Shown here: positions 1-9,362 of the stretch, in pieces
Layout of the letters: the number at the start of each line of letters is the position of its first letter
How positions within the stretch are numbered: position 1 is the first letter of the stretch
Position numbers and translations under genes: made by a program
DNA from: a virus
Lineage: Duplodnaviria > Heunggongvirae > Uroviricota > Caudoviricetes
Reading direction: 5' to 3' (one strand)
Virus record (IMG/VR): IMGVR_UViG_3300029611_000001
Location: 1 to 25,066 of that record
DNA length: 25,066 bases
Notes under the pieces: generated by a model
Databases searched by the model: none
Told to the model about the DNA's origin: nothing
Seen by the model: the letters and a program-made list of their open reading frames with translations, nothing else

Positions 1-104
1 TGAGAGATCTTATTAATAATGCAGATGAAGATGTTGATTGTATTACTTCTGCAACAGAGAAGAGTAGTATGTATCGCAATGATTCTTTCTTTGTATTTGT
101 TTGA
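1..104 (+). CDS. 3' end of an upstream gene (partial, hypothetical protein)
   Basis: Frame 3 is open from the window edge (RDLINNADEDVDCITSATEKSSMYRNDSFFVFV) to TGA at 102-104, on the same strand as the neighbouring genes. Confidence 0.4.
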   Translation, partial: RDLINNADEDVDCITSATEKSSMYRNDSFFVFV

Positions 105-154
105 TTATCTATATTAAATATAATTATATGATTTACAATAAGTTATTATATATA

Positions 155-163
155 GGGGGGGGG
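155..163 (+). repeat. G9 homopolymer tract inside a 12-codon uORF (128-166, MIYNKLLYIGGG*)
   Basis: Nine consecutive G in very AT-rich DNA, ending 17 nt before the ATG at 180. Confidence 0.8.
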
Positions 164-179
164 TAATTCCTGATATATT

Positions 180-965
180 ATGAGGCGTCGTTTTTTTAAT
201 AAAAATAGGGAGCTTGAGGACTTTCTTATAAGGTTTTATCCGGCCGGTAATTACACATGGGTAGTGCCGGCAGGATGCACGGAAGTAGATGTTTTTCTTG
301 TTGGTGGAGGTGGTGGAAGTGGAAACGGTTCTGGCGCCGGAAGTGGATATACCAAGACTTACAAAAGAAACAATATAGGAATAAAACAAGGTTCTCAAAT
401 ATCTGTAACACCAGGTCAAGAAATTAATATCATAGTAGGAAAAGGTGGAGCAGGTCTGTATTATGGCTATCCTGAGAAGGGAGGATTCTCTCAATTTATG
501 AACTCATCTTACAGAGCAGATGGTGGAAATCCTTCTGGTAATGGTCTTCTTAACGGAGAAAACTCAACAGGTGGTCCTTATACTGGAGGAAATGGTGGAA
601 GTGGAGGATCTGTAGATCAAATAGGTGATGAGTTTTACGCTGGATCGGATGGATCTGATGCCCCTGGAATAACAGACGGTAATGGGATATATCACCCACC
701 TGGAACGAAATATGGAGGAGGAAAAGGTCAAGGATATACAACCAGAGATTTTGGAGAACCGACGGGTAAAAGAAATGCCGGAGGTGGTGGAGCTGATAGA
801 AATAGGGATGGTGGTATGGGGGGTGAATCCGATTATGATGAAGGATGTGGAATCGGAAGAGGAAACAGAAAAAGTGGTGGTTACGGAGGAGGCGGATGCG
901 GCTCGGAAGGAACCGGCGGTGATGGAACTGTTTTGATTAGGGGTAAAAGATATGTGACTATATAG
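180..965 (+). CDS. Glycine-rich domain protein, probable tail fibre/receptor-binding accessory protein
   Basis: 261 aa. Motif 'YTWVVPAGCTEVDVFLVGGGGGSG...SVTPGQEINIIVGKGG...GGDGTVLIR' is typical of phage glycine-rich tail-associated domains. The last codons (VTI*) lie inside the adjacent element end. Confidence 0.7.
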   Translation: MRRRFFNKNRELEDFLIRFYPAGNYTWVVPAGCTEVDVFLVGGGGGSGNGSGAGSGYTKTYKRNNIGIKQGSQISVTPGQEINIIVGKGGAGLYYGYPEKGGFSQFMNSSYRADGGNPSGNGLLNGENSTGGPYTGGNGGSGGSVDQIGDEFYAGSDGSDAPGITDGNGIYHPPGTKYGGGKGQGYTTRDFGEPTGKRNAGGGGADRNRDGGMGGESDYDEGCGIGRGNRKSGGYGGGGCGSEGTGGDGTVLIRGKRYVTI

Positions 966-1150
966 CACTTTACACCAAAAGCGTAAAATAATATACATTT
1001 ATACGGAAATCCGTACTGGGTTCCACCAAAACCCTCTACCTTCTGGTAACATCGTTACATCAAAGGATTCTTTTGCTGATATCAATGATGTTAAAAGCAC
1101 CATTGATATCAGCATTAATTGTCTTACCAGAAGAAGTTTTGAACAATCCT
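954..1150 (-). ncRNA. Putative TnpB omega/reRNA scaffold (boundaries approximate)
   Basis: Inferred from family knowledge that the guide scaffold overlaps the tnpB 3' end and the element right end. A hairpin is present at 1074-1114 and the minus strand ends in ...TCAC at 954. Confidence 0.4.
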
Positions 1151-2220
1151 CGTTTGGTCCTTCTTCCTTTGTAAGATTCATGTTTGCAAATCTGTTCATT
1201 ATCTAAAAAGCTGCATTTTGAAGTATAAGATTCTTCAACGATCTTAACATTGATTCCTTCTAATGTAGCTTTATAAGATATCATTGAAATAAACATATTA
1301 AAAGGAATAGATACAAAGTTCTGATTATTTCGTTTTCCGATATTGATCTCTTGTTTCCAGCATTTGTTATGACCGATTATGATCGTATTAATACCATTGG
1401 AAACTACGTGATTAATCAATATCCTACTTGCCTTGTGAAGATAATCTTTGATCTTGTTATTCCTTTTGTTTGTTAATGACCTTATTTGTTTTGAAGTATG
1501 TTTATTATCTTTTAACTTAGATTTTAAGAATGCTAACCTTTTGTTATAATATTGGTTAATAGACTTCAGAGGTCTACCATTGATGATAAAACAAGAACCG
1601 TTGTTAGAAACACAAGATGCTAAATTATCTAATCCTATGTCGATACCAAGATAGTTTCCATTATCTGACATAAGATCCTTTTCCTTCTTGTTGTAAACTA
1701 TTTCAAGAACAATATACCCACTCTTAGGAATGAATCTAAGTTGTTGGATATTTTGTTTGTTAGTCCTTGTTGTAAAGGAAAATTGTTTTGGTAACTTAAC
1801 AACGCCTTGCTTTATCCATTTTTGAGAAAAAGCATTTGTTGTAAAAACAGCAGGGAACAAACCATCTTTGTTAAGATACTTAGGTATTCTAACAAATTCG
1901 GAATACTCACCTCTATTCTTTTTATTAAAGAGATTGAAGAAAGATTTAAAGTTTCTATCAACCATCATCAACACCTGTTGAGCAACTGGTGCTGGTAAAG
2001 CACGATAGTCAACATCATTTTCTGTTTTCAACACTCTTTCGAGAGAATAATAGTTGAGATATTTGTACTTTACAGTATTATCATCCTTGTATTGAAAATA
2101 GTGTTGTCTAACAACATACAATCCTTTATTGTATAAGTTTTTACACTTATGCAATAGATCATAAAGTTCATTGTAATAAACAGAACTTGGCTTGATTGTA
2201 TGTTGTTCGACTAATCTCAT
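1060..2220 (-). CDS. tnpB: RNA-guided endonuclease TnpB, C-terminal tail probably frameshifted
   Basis: Likely start MRLVEQHTIK at 2220. Motifs: N-terminal 'KNLYNKGLY', RuvC-I 'LGIDIGLDN', 'KRNNKIKDYLHKASR', 'VEESYTSKCS', RuvC-III 'INADINGAFNI'. A plausible native tail (SAKESFDVTMLPEGRGFWWNPVRISV*) continues in another frame to 999. Confidence 0.92.
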   Translation of the reverse strand: MRLVEQHTIKPSSVYYNELYDLLHKCKNLYNKGLYVVRQHYFQYKDDNTVKYKYLNYYSLERVLKTENDVDYRALPAPVAQQVLMMVDRNFKSFFNLFNKKNRGEYSEFVRIPKYLNKDGLFPAVFTTNAFSQKWIKQGVVKLPKQFSFTTRTNKQNIQQLRFIPKSGYIVLEIVYNKKEKDLMSDNGNYLGIDIGLDNLASCVSNNGSCFIINGRPLKSINQYYNKRLAFLKSKLKDNKHTSKQIRSLTNKRNNKIKDYLHKASRILINHVVSNGINTIIIGHNKCWKQEINIGKRNNQNFVSIPFNMFISMISYKATLEGINVKIVEESYTSKCSFLDNEQICKHESYKGRRTKRGLFKTSSGKTINADINGAFNIIDISKRIL

Positions 2221-2311
2221 GGCACAAATGCAGGAATTATTATTTATAAATAAAAACAATTCGGTATATTTGTGGTGTAAGGTTGTATATAATCACCAAA
2301 AAGTTTATGGT

Positions 2312-2410
2312 ATGATGAGGAGATTCGAATTTAACAATAATTATTTAACAGGAGACTACCATAAAGCTATGGCGCAAGGTTTTGTTATTCCAGTAGCTTC
2401 TGTTGTGTGA
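2312..2410 (+). CDS. Small ORF, 32 aa (MMRRFEFNNNYLTGDYHKAMAQGFVIPVASVV), possibly a gene remnant
   Basis: ATG-initiated. The N-terminus MRRF resembles the MRRRFF start of ORF 180-965, and TATATTTG lies upstream at 2265-2272. Confidence 0.35.
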   Translation: MMRRFEFNNNYLTGDYHKAMAQGFVIPVASVV

Positions 2411-2427
2411 GTTAGTTCTTCTTTTGC

Positions 2428-2435
2428 TATCTTTG
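2428..2435 (+). promoter_or_regulatory. Bacteroidota sigma-A -7 element (TAnnTTTG)
   Basis: TATCTTTG ends 18 nt upstream of ATG 2453. Confidence 0.6.
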
Positions 2436-2452
2436 TGACAAACAGTTATAAA

Positions 2453-5400
2453 ATGGCAGCAGAAGATAATAGAAACATAGCGGTTCCTCAAACAGGTATG
2501 AATCGCGATCTGCATCCGTCGAGTCTTACGGATCAGCATTATACGTTTGCCTTGAATGCCAACATCGAATCCGAGGACGGTAATGTTGGGATGAGATCTA
2601 ATGAGCACAGTAACCTTAAATGCATTGATTTCGATGGGTTTAAAGTTATTGGTTACAAGAATGATCTTACTTCAGGCAATATCTATTTTTTTATAACAAA
2701 TCCTGAAACAGGCGTATCTAAAATAACTTATTTCAAGCCTGAATCCGATACAAGTATCTTATCCGACTCCGATATAGAATCTATGGTAGAAGGATCGGAG
2801 TCGTTGTGTTCTGGCATGAAAACTTTGCTGGAAGACAACGAGCAAGATCCGTGCCTTAAATTCTCTATCTATCATCCTATAAAAACCATAGAAATAAAGA
2901 CAGAGAAATGTGGGAAATGCATTTACTGGACTGACGATTATAATCCTCCCAGGTATGTTATTGTAGATAAGGCCCTGACTCCTGATGATGAAGGTGATAT
3001 ATGGTATCATTATCATGGGTATAAGATATGTGATAAAGAATACGATAGGAAAAAGTTCATGCAGGAGAATGGCTGTTTTCTGGCATGTGAGAAACTTAGG
3101 GTGTTTCCGCTACTCAAACCCATGTGCATAGAGCCGGCTCAGATAGAGTACGGGGGCAGTCTGCGCTCAGGCGTCTACCAGGCTACTGTGGCTCCTTGTG
3201 ACGAGTTTGGAAACGAGCTTGGAAGTTATTCTAATCCTACTAATCCTGTCCCTATATTCGATGAACAGTATATTACTCAAAAAGATGGCAAATGGGGAGA
3301 ACGTACTAATTTAGGTATTAGGTTTGTCGTATCTAACATAGATCGTCAAGTTGAGTATTTTAAGGTTGTTATCATTCAAAACACAGTAGGATACAACGGA
3401 GAAACCCAACCGGTTGTCGACTATTTTGTAGAAGGTATTCATCCTGTATCAGAAAAGACTATATTGTATTATTCGGATCTTAATAACAAACGTACTACAT
3501 TCGAACACATATCCTTAAAAAAACCTGTGTATAACACATCAAGGGGGATTGTGGCTGTCGGGAATCGTCTTCTTCAATATGGTCTTACGGCGGAAAAAGA
3601 ATGGAATTTACAGCCTGTAGTTTCCCTCATGGGACACTTCCTTCAATGGCAGGCATCGGTAGCTCACGAAGATCTGTATAAGGACGGTAATGCCTGTTCG
3701 TTGTATGTGGGGTATATGAGAAATGAAGTGTATCCGTTTGCTATTTCTTTTAAGTGCTCCAACGGTTACAAAACTCCGGCATTTGTGTTAATACCTCCCC
3801 CTTATAAAGATGCTGCGGCAGAAATAGAAAATAAGGATACTGATAGAGTATATAAGTCCATAAACCAATATGCTCCTCCTTGCTCAGGGCAAGAGCGTAA
3901 ATTCAAGTGGCAGTATTATAATACGGCAGGAGACCCGAAGGATTTCGATGATGAAGAAACAGGACAAGAAGAATGTAAGAATCCGGCTACTATCGGTCAA
4001 ACTATAACATTGCAAAATGATTTTAAAACTTATACAAACGTTAGTTTTACATTCAGAAGTCAGATTATAATAGATGAGGTGATTAATTATTTTTCATCTA
4101 ATATAAAAGACATCGCATGTAATACCGCTACAGAAGAACCTAATAATGCTGCTGCCAACGAAATATGCGATATATTCAACAGCTACGGAGACCCTGACGA
4201 TCCTAATACGGAGGAACAAAAAGAAGCTATAGATGGTATCGAGGCTCCTGAGTTTGGAGCCGAGTGTACTGATGCGCACCGCCAGTATTCGCTTATTACA
4301 GCTCCGGTAGATCGTATTGTGGGTTTCCGTGAAGAATATACGTATAAGGATCTTGAGGATATGGAGCACGTATCCACCGACTACCTATATACTACCGGCG
4401 GTGAAAAGCAAGACAAGTATTCTGTGCTATTTAACTGGGAACTACAGGAACAAATGATAGAGTTCATGGACAAGTATTTCTTTGCCGATGACGAAGATGG
4501 CGGTCATTGGGCTGGATACTGGTCGGGTGATGACGGGACCAAGGCGTGCGCTGTGTACGATTCTCTGTTACAACCGTCTGTTATATTACAGTCTATAGCC
4601 GAAGCTATTTATGTTCTGGATTCTATGCCGTGTACTTGCGGATGTTTTATAGAAGAGCCTTGTCTTAATCCTACTGTTGCCAGAAGCGATTATAACTCAT
4701 TCCAGTCATCTTCTACACTTCTTGGAGCATACCTTCTTATGAATGATGTGTGGAATGATGATAAAGGAGAAAGTAAGGTTTGTTTCCCAGATAGCAACCA
4801 CTGTCTTCCGGACTGGAGGGCCGGACGTTCTTCGAGTACTATCCACAACGACGCCTACAGGTCAAGGATAGCGCCTGGAGCCCTGATAAGGGACACCTGG
4901 CCTGAGATAGAGAAAAAGATAGATGATTATTCATATAATTTCCTTGATACCGGTTACGTACCAGAAGGAGATTACGGAGATGGATGGACATGGGATTCTT
5001 ATGCTAATTTGGCTGACAATAACGTAGGTGCTCTTATTCCTGAAGATGTTAAAGGTTCTACGATGTTTACATCAGAGTTATTGGTATGGAGGTTTACGAA
5101 ATGCGTGCTTCGTAACGCCCGTTTCCTTCATATTACAAGACCTGAAGAATGGGATGATCCTGATTTCCCGGCCAAGGACAAAGTTCTTTATCTGGAATCT
5201 TTGGGGAAGATAGATGGTCTTATGGATGCTGTGTCCACACAATATGTCCGTCTTTCTTTTTGGAAATCATTAGATCCAAGATACAAAGGAAGCAATAGGA
5301 AGATAGATAAGGATGATCTCAACTTTGATTGGGAGAAGGTCATGGATGAAGGCGATAATTATGTTATTGTTGGAGCATCCCGTCCTTACTTTGGGCACAT

Positions 5401-8400
5401 AGGCGAATCTTTCTTCGATAAGTACCCTGATGGATTGTATGTAGCCATAGACTGCCCTATAGTATCATGCCCTTGGATTTTTACCGTCCGACAGATTGAT
5501 TTCTGTAAGGTTAAAGACGATGGAGAAGAAGAACATAGCAAGAATCCGTCAAGAGGTTTGGTAGGCACATCTTACGTCCTTGGTAAAACTATATACCCAT
5601 ATATTTTTGGTATCAGAGAAAAGGAAATAGACCGGATAAATGTACGAGCCAAAGAAATATCGTTAAGGGCTACTGTAGAATACGCCAGCCAGTGTACGAT
5701 ATGCGGGGATCGCCCCATAAACTGTGCTCCAAGGAAATATAAGTACGGTGATTTCGCTTACTGGGAATCGTCTGAGAAGTATCCTGCTAATTTTGAACTG
5801 TACGACAGTAGTAAGGTTAAGATAAGTGATCATGGTTATGAAGGCAATTCCAAAAAAGCATACGACAATATCGTATCCAAGCTTACTGAATACTACGGTT
5901 CCCCCTCTACGGATGATAAGGGGATGATGTCTTTTAAAGGTCATAAATATGGTACGGTAGATACCAGTACCGTCTTTTGCCAACAACCTATTCGGCATTA
6001 TAAGTTCCCGGACAACGATCACATGCTTTTCATGAACCGGGATGTTAGGTCTTATGATGTTCCTTCCGATATTTATCCTATAGGAATATTAGTAGACGAG
6101 GATATGATTAACGTCTTCCTTGATTTTGCTGTAGATTCCGGATTGATAACCAAAGAGCAGCGAGATATGGTTACAGGATATGAAATATATAGAGGTGACA
6201 GACGCCTTAACCGTTCTGTTATAGCCACCGGAATAGCTTACGACATGTACAGGTATTCCGGTCAAAACTCGAATCTTAATCTGTATCCTAATTATCCGTA
6301 TAATGATTTATCGGATGACTCTTTTAATTACGCAACTGAAAAAAGGGTATCGTTTATAACCCACCCATTTTTCAGAAGAGGAAACGTGTGGTATGCATTT
6401 AGTTCTCCTGATATTTATTTCAATAAGCCTGAAACCCCTACGGAGGTGGCTATAGAAGGTTTTATAAGGGGAATGTCTGTAGGAAACTTTGATGAGGTTG
6501 AAGATCATCCCAAATGGACTATCTTAGGGAAACAATCATATAAGATGGCGGCTACGTTGGCTAACATCGAATCTACGGCCACCATAGCTTATCAGATAGC
6601 GGAAGAGCTTATGAACCGTTCTACGTCTGCGTATGTAGGTGTGATAGGTAATATCAATATGGCAATGATATTCGCTTCAATGATTGCCACCATATCTGAT
6701 ACGCTTGCTAAAAGACCGGTATTGTATGGTAAGTATAGATATGATTGGCTCACGACATTCATAAACAATGGCCCAAGAAGAAACCATGCTTTTTATTACA
6801 CGTCTGTAGGTTACTACAATAGCATGATGGGCTTCGATGATACGGCTCCATACGAGCAAAACAGATTAAGGGGATTGGCTAACACCAAGAGTCTTAAATC
6901 AGGTATGTACCCCATATCCGACCCGTCTACGACATCATCTTGGGTTACTGGAGAAGATGTGGGTGATGATAACCAAAACGCTTCAAAAGATTTCTTGTTT
7001 ATAAATAACATAGATAGAGAATCCTCCATGTTCTTGTCTTTTGGAGATCCGGGAGAAAAGGATCCTGATACAAGCATCTTAAATTCAAAGTATCTTGTAT
7101 CGTATCCTATGCAGGCCCAGGTATATGATACAAGTCGTATCCATGACCCTGTTATCATGGCTTCTGATGCTGGATCTAAAGAATCTTTTGAAAGAACGAA
7201 GATGTTGTCTTATATCTGTTCTCCATATATGAAGCTTATGCGGTACAGGCCCGATCAGTATGGAGCTATAGAAGACATCAAATGGATATCAGTCGGAGGA
7301 TATGGATTCTTCCAAGGAGGGAAACAACCGCTGTTTGGCGGTGACACCTACATATCGAGGTTTTCCATGAAACGGAAATTCCCATTTTTTTATAATACTG
7401 CTTTTGGTATAGGGGATATGATACCATTTGCTTACAATGATTACCGAAATGTCGGATTTCCCAAGTATTTCGTTAATTACGATACTGGAGAAGATATGCT
7501 TGAGCATACTGACAACGAACGTTTTAATAGCTGGACATCATCAAGCAAAGGAACGTATTCTTTTTATCCAAACAGAAAAAGTTTGTATAATTTAAATGGC
7601 GAGAACGAGGCTAAGAAATACGTGGATGGTAGATTCTATCTGTGGTCTTATGGTATTCCTCAATTCCTCGTAGAATCGGAAATAAACTGCAATTTCCGAT
7701 TAGAAGGAGTAGAGCCTCATGAATGGTTTTATCCGGCTCATGGTGATTTTGCCTGGTGGACACAAGAAAAGAACGTATCTATCCATAGGGACAATGATTA
7801 CAAGATAAGTCCTATCTATTCATCAAGAATGACATTGACACCTAATGTATTGCCGGCAACATACGAACGTCGTTTTTATGATTGTGCTTACCAGCGACCT
7901 AATGGTGTTATATGGAGTAGGGCTGACGTATCTGAAAACAGTCAAACAGATCCGTGGCTAACGTACAAGCCTATGGACTATCATGAGTTCCCAACCAGCA
8001 ACGGGAAGCTTATTCACATGAAGCGTATCGAGTCTAATCAGATTCTTGTCAGGTTCGAGGACCAGGTTTCACTCCATAACGCCATAGACGTAATCAAGGA
8101 GCGCACCTCCCCAGGGCAGGCTGAGATGGGCACCGGCGGTCTGTTCGCGTCCAGGCCTCTGGAGTACAACACGACCGACCTCGGTTATTCTGGAACACAG
8201 AGCACTGAAATAATTAGTTCAGAATTTGGTCACTTCTGGGTAGATACTAAAAGAGCACAGGTGTTTATGACCGATCCGAACGGACGTAATCTCAAGGAAC
8301 TTAGTGTAGGTATCAGACATTGGCTCAAGCGTCATCTTCCGTTTAAGATTCTTAGATACGGAATAACCAACATCTTAACCGGCACAGAGATGACAGAAGA

Positions 8401-9316
8401 AGATACAGACAATAAATTTATCGGTCTTGGTCTGTCTCTTGGATGGGATAACAGGTATAAGAGAGTACTTATCACGAAAAAAGATTATATACCTGTTAAG
8501 AACCCGGCATATTACAAATATGATGGTGGAAGGTTCTTGTACAATGAAACAGAGGTGTTATCAAACGATAAGGAAATATCTTTAAAAGACGAACAGTATT
8601 TTAAAGACGTGTCGTTCACTATCGGATATTCGTGTCTGAAGCAAGAATGGATTTCTTATTATTCGTTCTGTCCTGACTATTATATAGAACAGCAACAATA
8701 TTTTCAGACAGGAATAAACTTCCCGACATCAGACGAAGAAGGCGGCTTATGGAGTCATTTGCTGACGAATAAGAGCTTCCAGACATTCTACGGAGCAACA
8801 TATCCATTTATATTAGAAGTGCCGATAAAAGAGAAATATAATGGCTCTACGCTGGCTTCTGTAGAATACGAGCTTGATGCAAGGAAATACGTCGATGATG
8901 TGAATTACACTCTTGACAGGAAAGTAGGTTTAGATACGATAACTATCTACAACGACACAAACAGCTCAGGTGAAATTCATCTTGTTCCAGAAGAAAAGAA
9001 TAATTTAGCGCAACGTATATCGTATCCGAAAATCGTAGGCGACTATACTGAGGTCCTGGATACTGAGGTATATAGAAGACATAAGTTAAATGACTTCTTC
9101 AACAGGGTTGACGATGACCGGTCAGATACCCCTATTTGGATCAAGGACGATAACGATATAAATAAGTCAGTTAATCCTGATGCTCTTAATTTCAGACGGT
9201 CATGGCTGGATAGGTTAAGAGGAAGTTGGATGCTGATGAGGATAAATAAAGTAATTAGCAGCCGGAAAATTATATTCCAGTGGTTGATTTCCGAAGATAA
9301 GATTAAGAATAGATAA
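2453..9316 (+). CDS. Large virion tail protein, crAss-like tail stabilisation/muzzle-type protein
   Basis: 2287 aa from the ATG at 2453 (AT-rich leader). The N-terminal 'GMNRDLHPSSLTDQHYTFALNANI' and C-terminal 'GYSGTQSTEIISSEFGHFWVDTKRAQVF...WISYYSFCPDYY' resemble crAss-like tail stabilisation proteins. Confidence 0.65.
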   Translation: MAAEDNRNIAVPQTGMNRDLHPSSLTDQHYTFALNANIESEDGNVGMRSNEHSNLKCIDFDGFKVIGYKNDLTSGNIYFFITNPETGVSKITYFKPESDTSILSDSDIESMVEGSESLCSGMKTLLEDNEQDPCLKFSIYHPIKTIEIKTEKCGKCIYWTDDYNPPRYVIVDKALTPDDEGDIWYHYHGYKICDKEYDRKKFMQENGCFLACEKLRVFPLLKPMCIEPAQIEYGGSLRSGVYQATVAPCDEFGNELGSYSNPTNPVPIFDEQYITQKDGKWGERTNLGIRFVVSNIDRQVEYFKVVIIQNTVGYNGETQPVVDYFVEGIHPVSEKTILYYSDLNNKRTTFEHISLKKPVYNTSRGIVAVGNRLLQYGLTAEKEWNLQPVVSLMGHFLQWQASVAHEDLYKDGNACSLYVGYMRNEVYPFAISFKCSNGYKTPAFVLIPPPYKDAAAEIENKDTDRVYKSINQYAPPCSGQERKFKWQYYNTAGDPKDFDDEETGQEECKNPATIGQTITLQNDFKTYTNVSFTFRSQIIIDEVINYFSSNIKDIACNTATEEPNNAAANEICDIFNSYGDPDDPNTEEQKEAIDGIEAPEFGAECTDAHRQYSLITAPVDRIVGFREEYTYKDLEDMEHVSTDYLYTTGGEKQDKYSVLFNWELQEQMIEFMDKYFFADDEDGGHWAGYWSGDDGTKACAVYDSLLQPSVILQSIAEAIYVLDSMPCTCGCFIEEPCLNPTVARSDYNSFQSSSTLLGAYLLMNDVWNDDKGESKVCFPDSNHCLPDWRAGRSSSTIHNDAYRSRIAPGALIRDTWPEIEKKIDDYSYNFLDTGYVPEGDYGDGWTWDSYANLADNNVGALIPEDVKGSTMFTSELLVWRFTKCVLRNARFLHITRPEEWDDPDFPAKDKVLYLESLGKIDGLMDAVSTQYVRLSFWKSLDPRYKGSNRKIDKDDLNFDWEKVMDEGDNYVIVGASRPYFGHIGESFFDKYPDGLYVAIDCPIVSCPWIFTVRQIDFCKVKDDGEEEHSKNPSRGLVGTSYVLGKTIYPYIFGIREKEIDRINVRAKEISLRATVEYASQCTICGDRPINCAPRKYKYGDFAYWESSEKYPANFELYDSSKVKISDHGYEGNSKKAYDNIVSKLTEYYGSPSTDDKGMMSFKGHKYGTVDTSTVFCQQPIRHYKFPDNDHMLFMNRDVRSYDVPSDIYPIGILVDEDMINVFLDFAVDSGLITKEQRDMVTGYEIYRGDRRLNRSVIATGIAYDMYRYSGQNSNLNLYPNYPYNDLSDDSFNYATEKRVSFITHPFFRRGNVWYAFSSPDIYFNKPETPTEVAIEGFIRGMSVGNFDEVEDHPKWTILGKQSYKMAATLANIESTATIAYQIAEELMNRSTSAYVGVIGNINMAMIFASMIATISDTLAKRPVLYGKYRYDWLTTFINNGPRRNHAFYYTSVGYYNSMMGFDDTAPYEQNRLRGLANTKSLKSGMYPISDPSTTSSWVTGEDVGDDNQNASKDFLFINNIDRESSMFLSFGDPGEKDPDTSILNSKYLVSYPMQAQVYDTSRIHDPVIMASDAGSKESFERTKMLSYICSPYMKLMRYRPDQYGAIEDIKWISVGGYGFFQGGKQPLFGGDTYISRFSMKRKFPFFYNTAFGIGDMIPFAYNDYRNVGFPKYFVNYDTGEDMLEHTDNERFNSWTSSSKGTYSFYPNRKSLYNLNGENEAKKYVDGRFYLWSYGIPQFLVESEINCNFRLEGVEPHEWFYPAHGDFAWWTQEKNVSIHRDNDYKISPIYSSRMTLTPNVLPATYERRFYDCAYQRPNGVIWSRADVSENSQTDPWLTYKPMDYHEFPTSNGKLIHMKRIESNQILVRFEDQVSLHNAIDVIKERTSPGQAEMGTGGLFASRPLEYNTTDLGYSGTQSTEIISSEFGHFWVDTKRAQVFMTDPNGRNLKELSVGIRHWLKRHLPFKILRYGITNILTGTEMTEEDTDNKFIGLGLSLGWDNRYKRVLITKKDYIPVKNPAYYKYDGGRFLYNETEVLSNDKEISLKDEQYFKDVSFTIGYSCLKQEWISYYSFCPDYYIEQQQYFQTGINFPTSDEEGGLWSHLLTNKSFQTFYGATYPFILEVPIKEKYNGSTLASVEYELDARKYVDDVNYTLDRKVGLDTITIYNDTNSSGEIHLVPEEKNNLAQRISYPKIVGDYTEVLDTEVYRRHKLNDFFNRVDDDRSDTPIWIKDDNDINKSVNPDALNFRRSWLDRLRGSWMLMRINKVISSRKIIFQWLISEDKIKNR

Positions 9317-9320
9317 TATC

Positions 9321-9362
9321 GTATTACCCTCTGCCTATTAGCAAGTAGAGGGTAATACTTTT
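9321..9362 (+). terminator. Intrinsic terminator after the tail gene
   Basis: GTATTACCCTCTGC / GTAGAGGGTAATAC forms a 14-bp stem (one G-U pair) followed by TTTT. Confidence 0.75.

Larger units (their letters stand above)
954..2296 (-). mobile_element. TnpB-only (non-autonomous) IS200/IS605/IS607-superfamily element
   Basis: tnpB is antisense to all flanking genes and no tnpA is present. It is bounded by imperfect inverted 24-mers: revcomp(954-977) TGGTGTAAAGTGCTATATAGTCAC versus 2273-2296 TGGTGTAAGGTTGTATATAATCAC (20/24). Exact junctions are uncertain by 1-2 nt. Confidence 0.75.

Noticed and set aside
128..965. Poly-G frameshift fusing the uORF to the glycine-rich ORF
   Set aside because: The frame of ORF 180 has an in-frame TGA at 171-173, so no tract length gives a fusion under the standard code.
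999..1199. Independent 66-aa gene
   Set aside because: It is better explained as the out-of-frame C-terminal tail of tnpB.
2435..2452. Upstream alternative starts given by the ORF track (2435, 11722, 12119, 16419, and 2259 for tnpB)
   Set aside because: Most overlap promoter or terminator motifs or the preceding gene. The downstream ATGs (2453, 11773, 12170, 16434, 2220) fit better.
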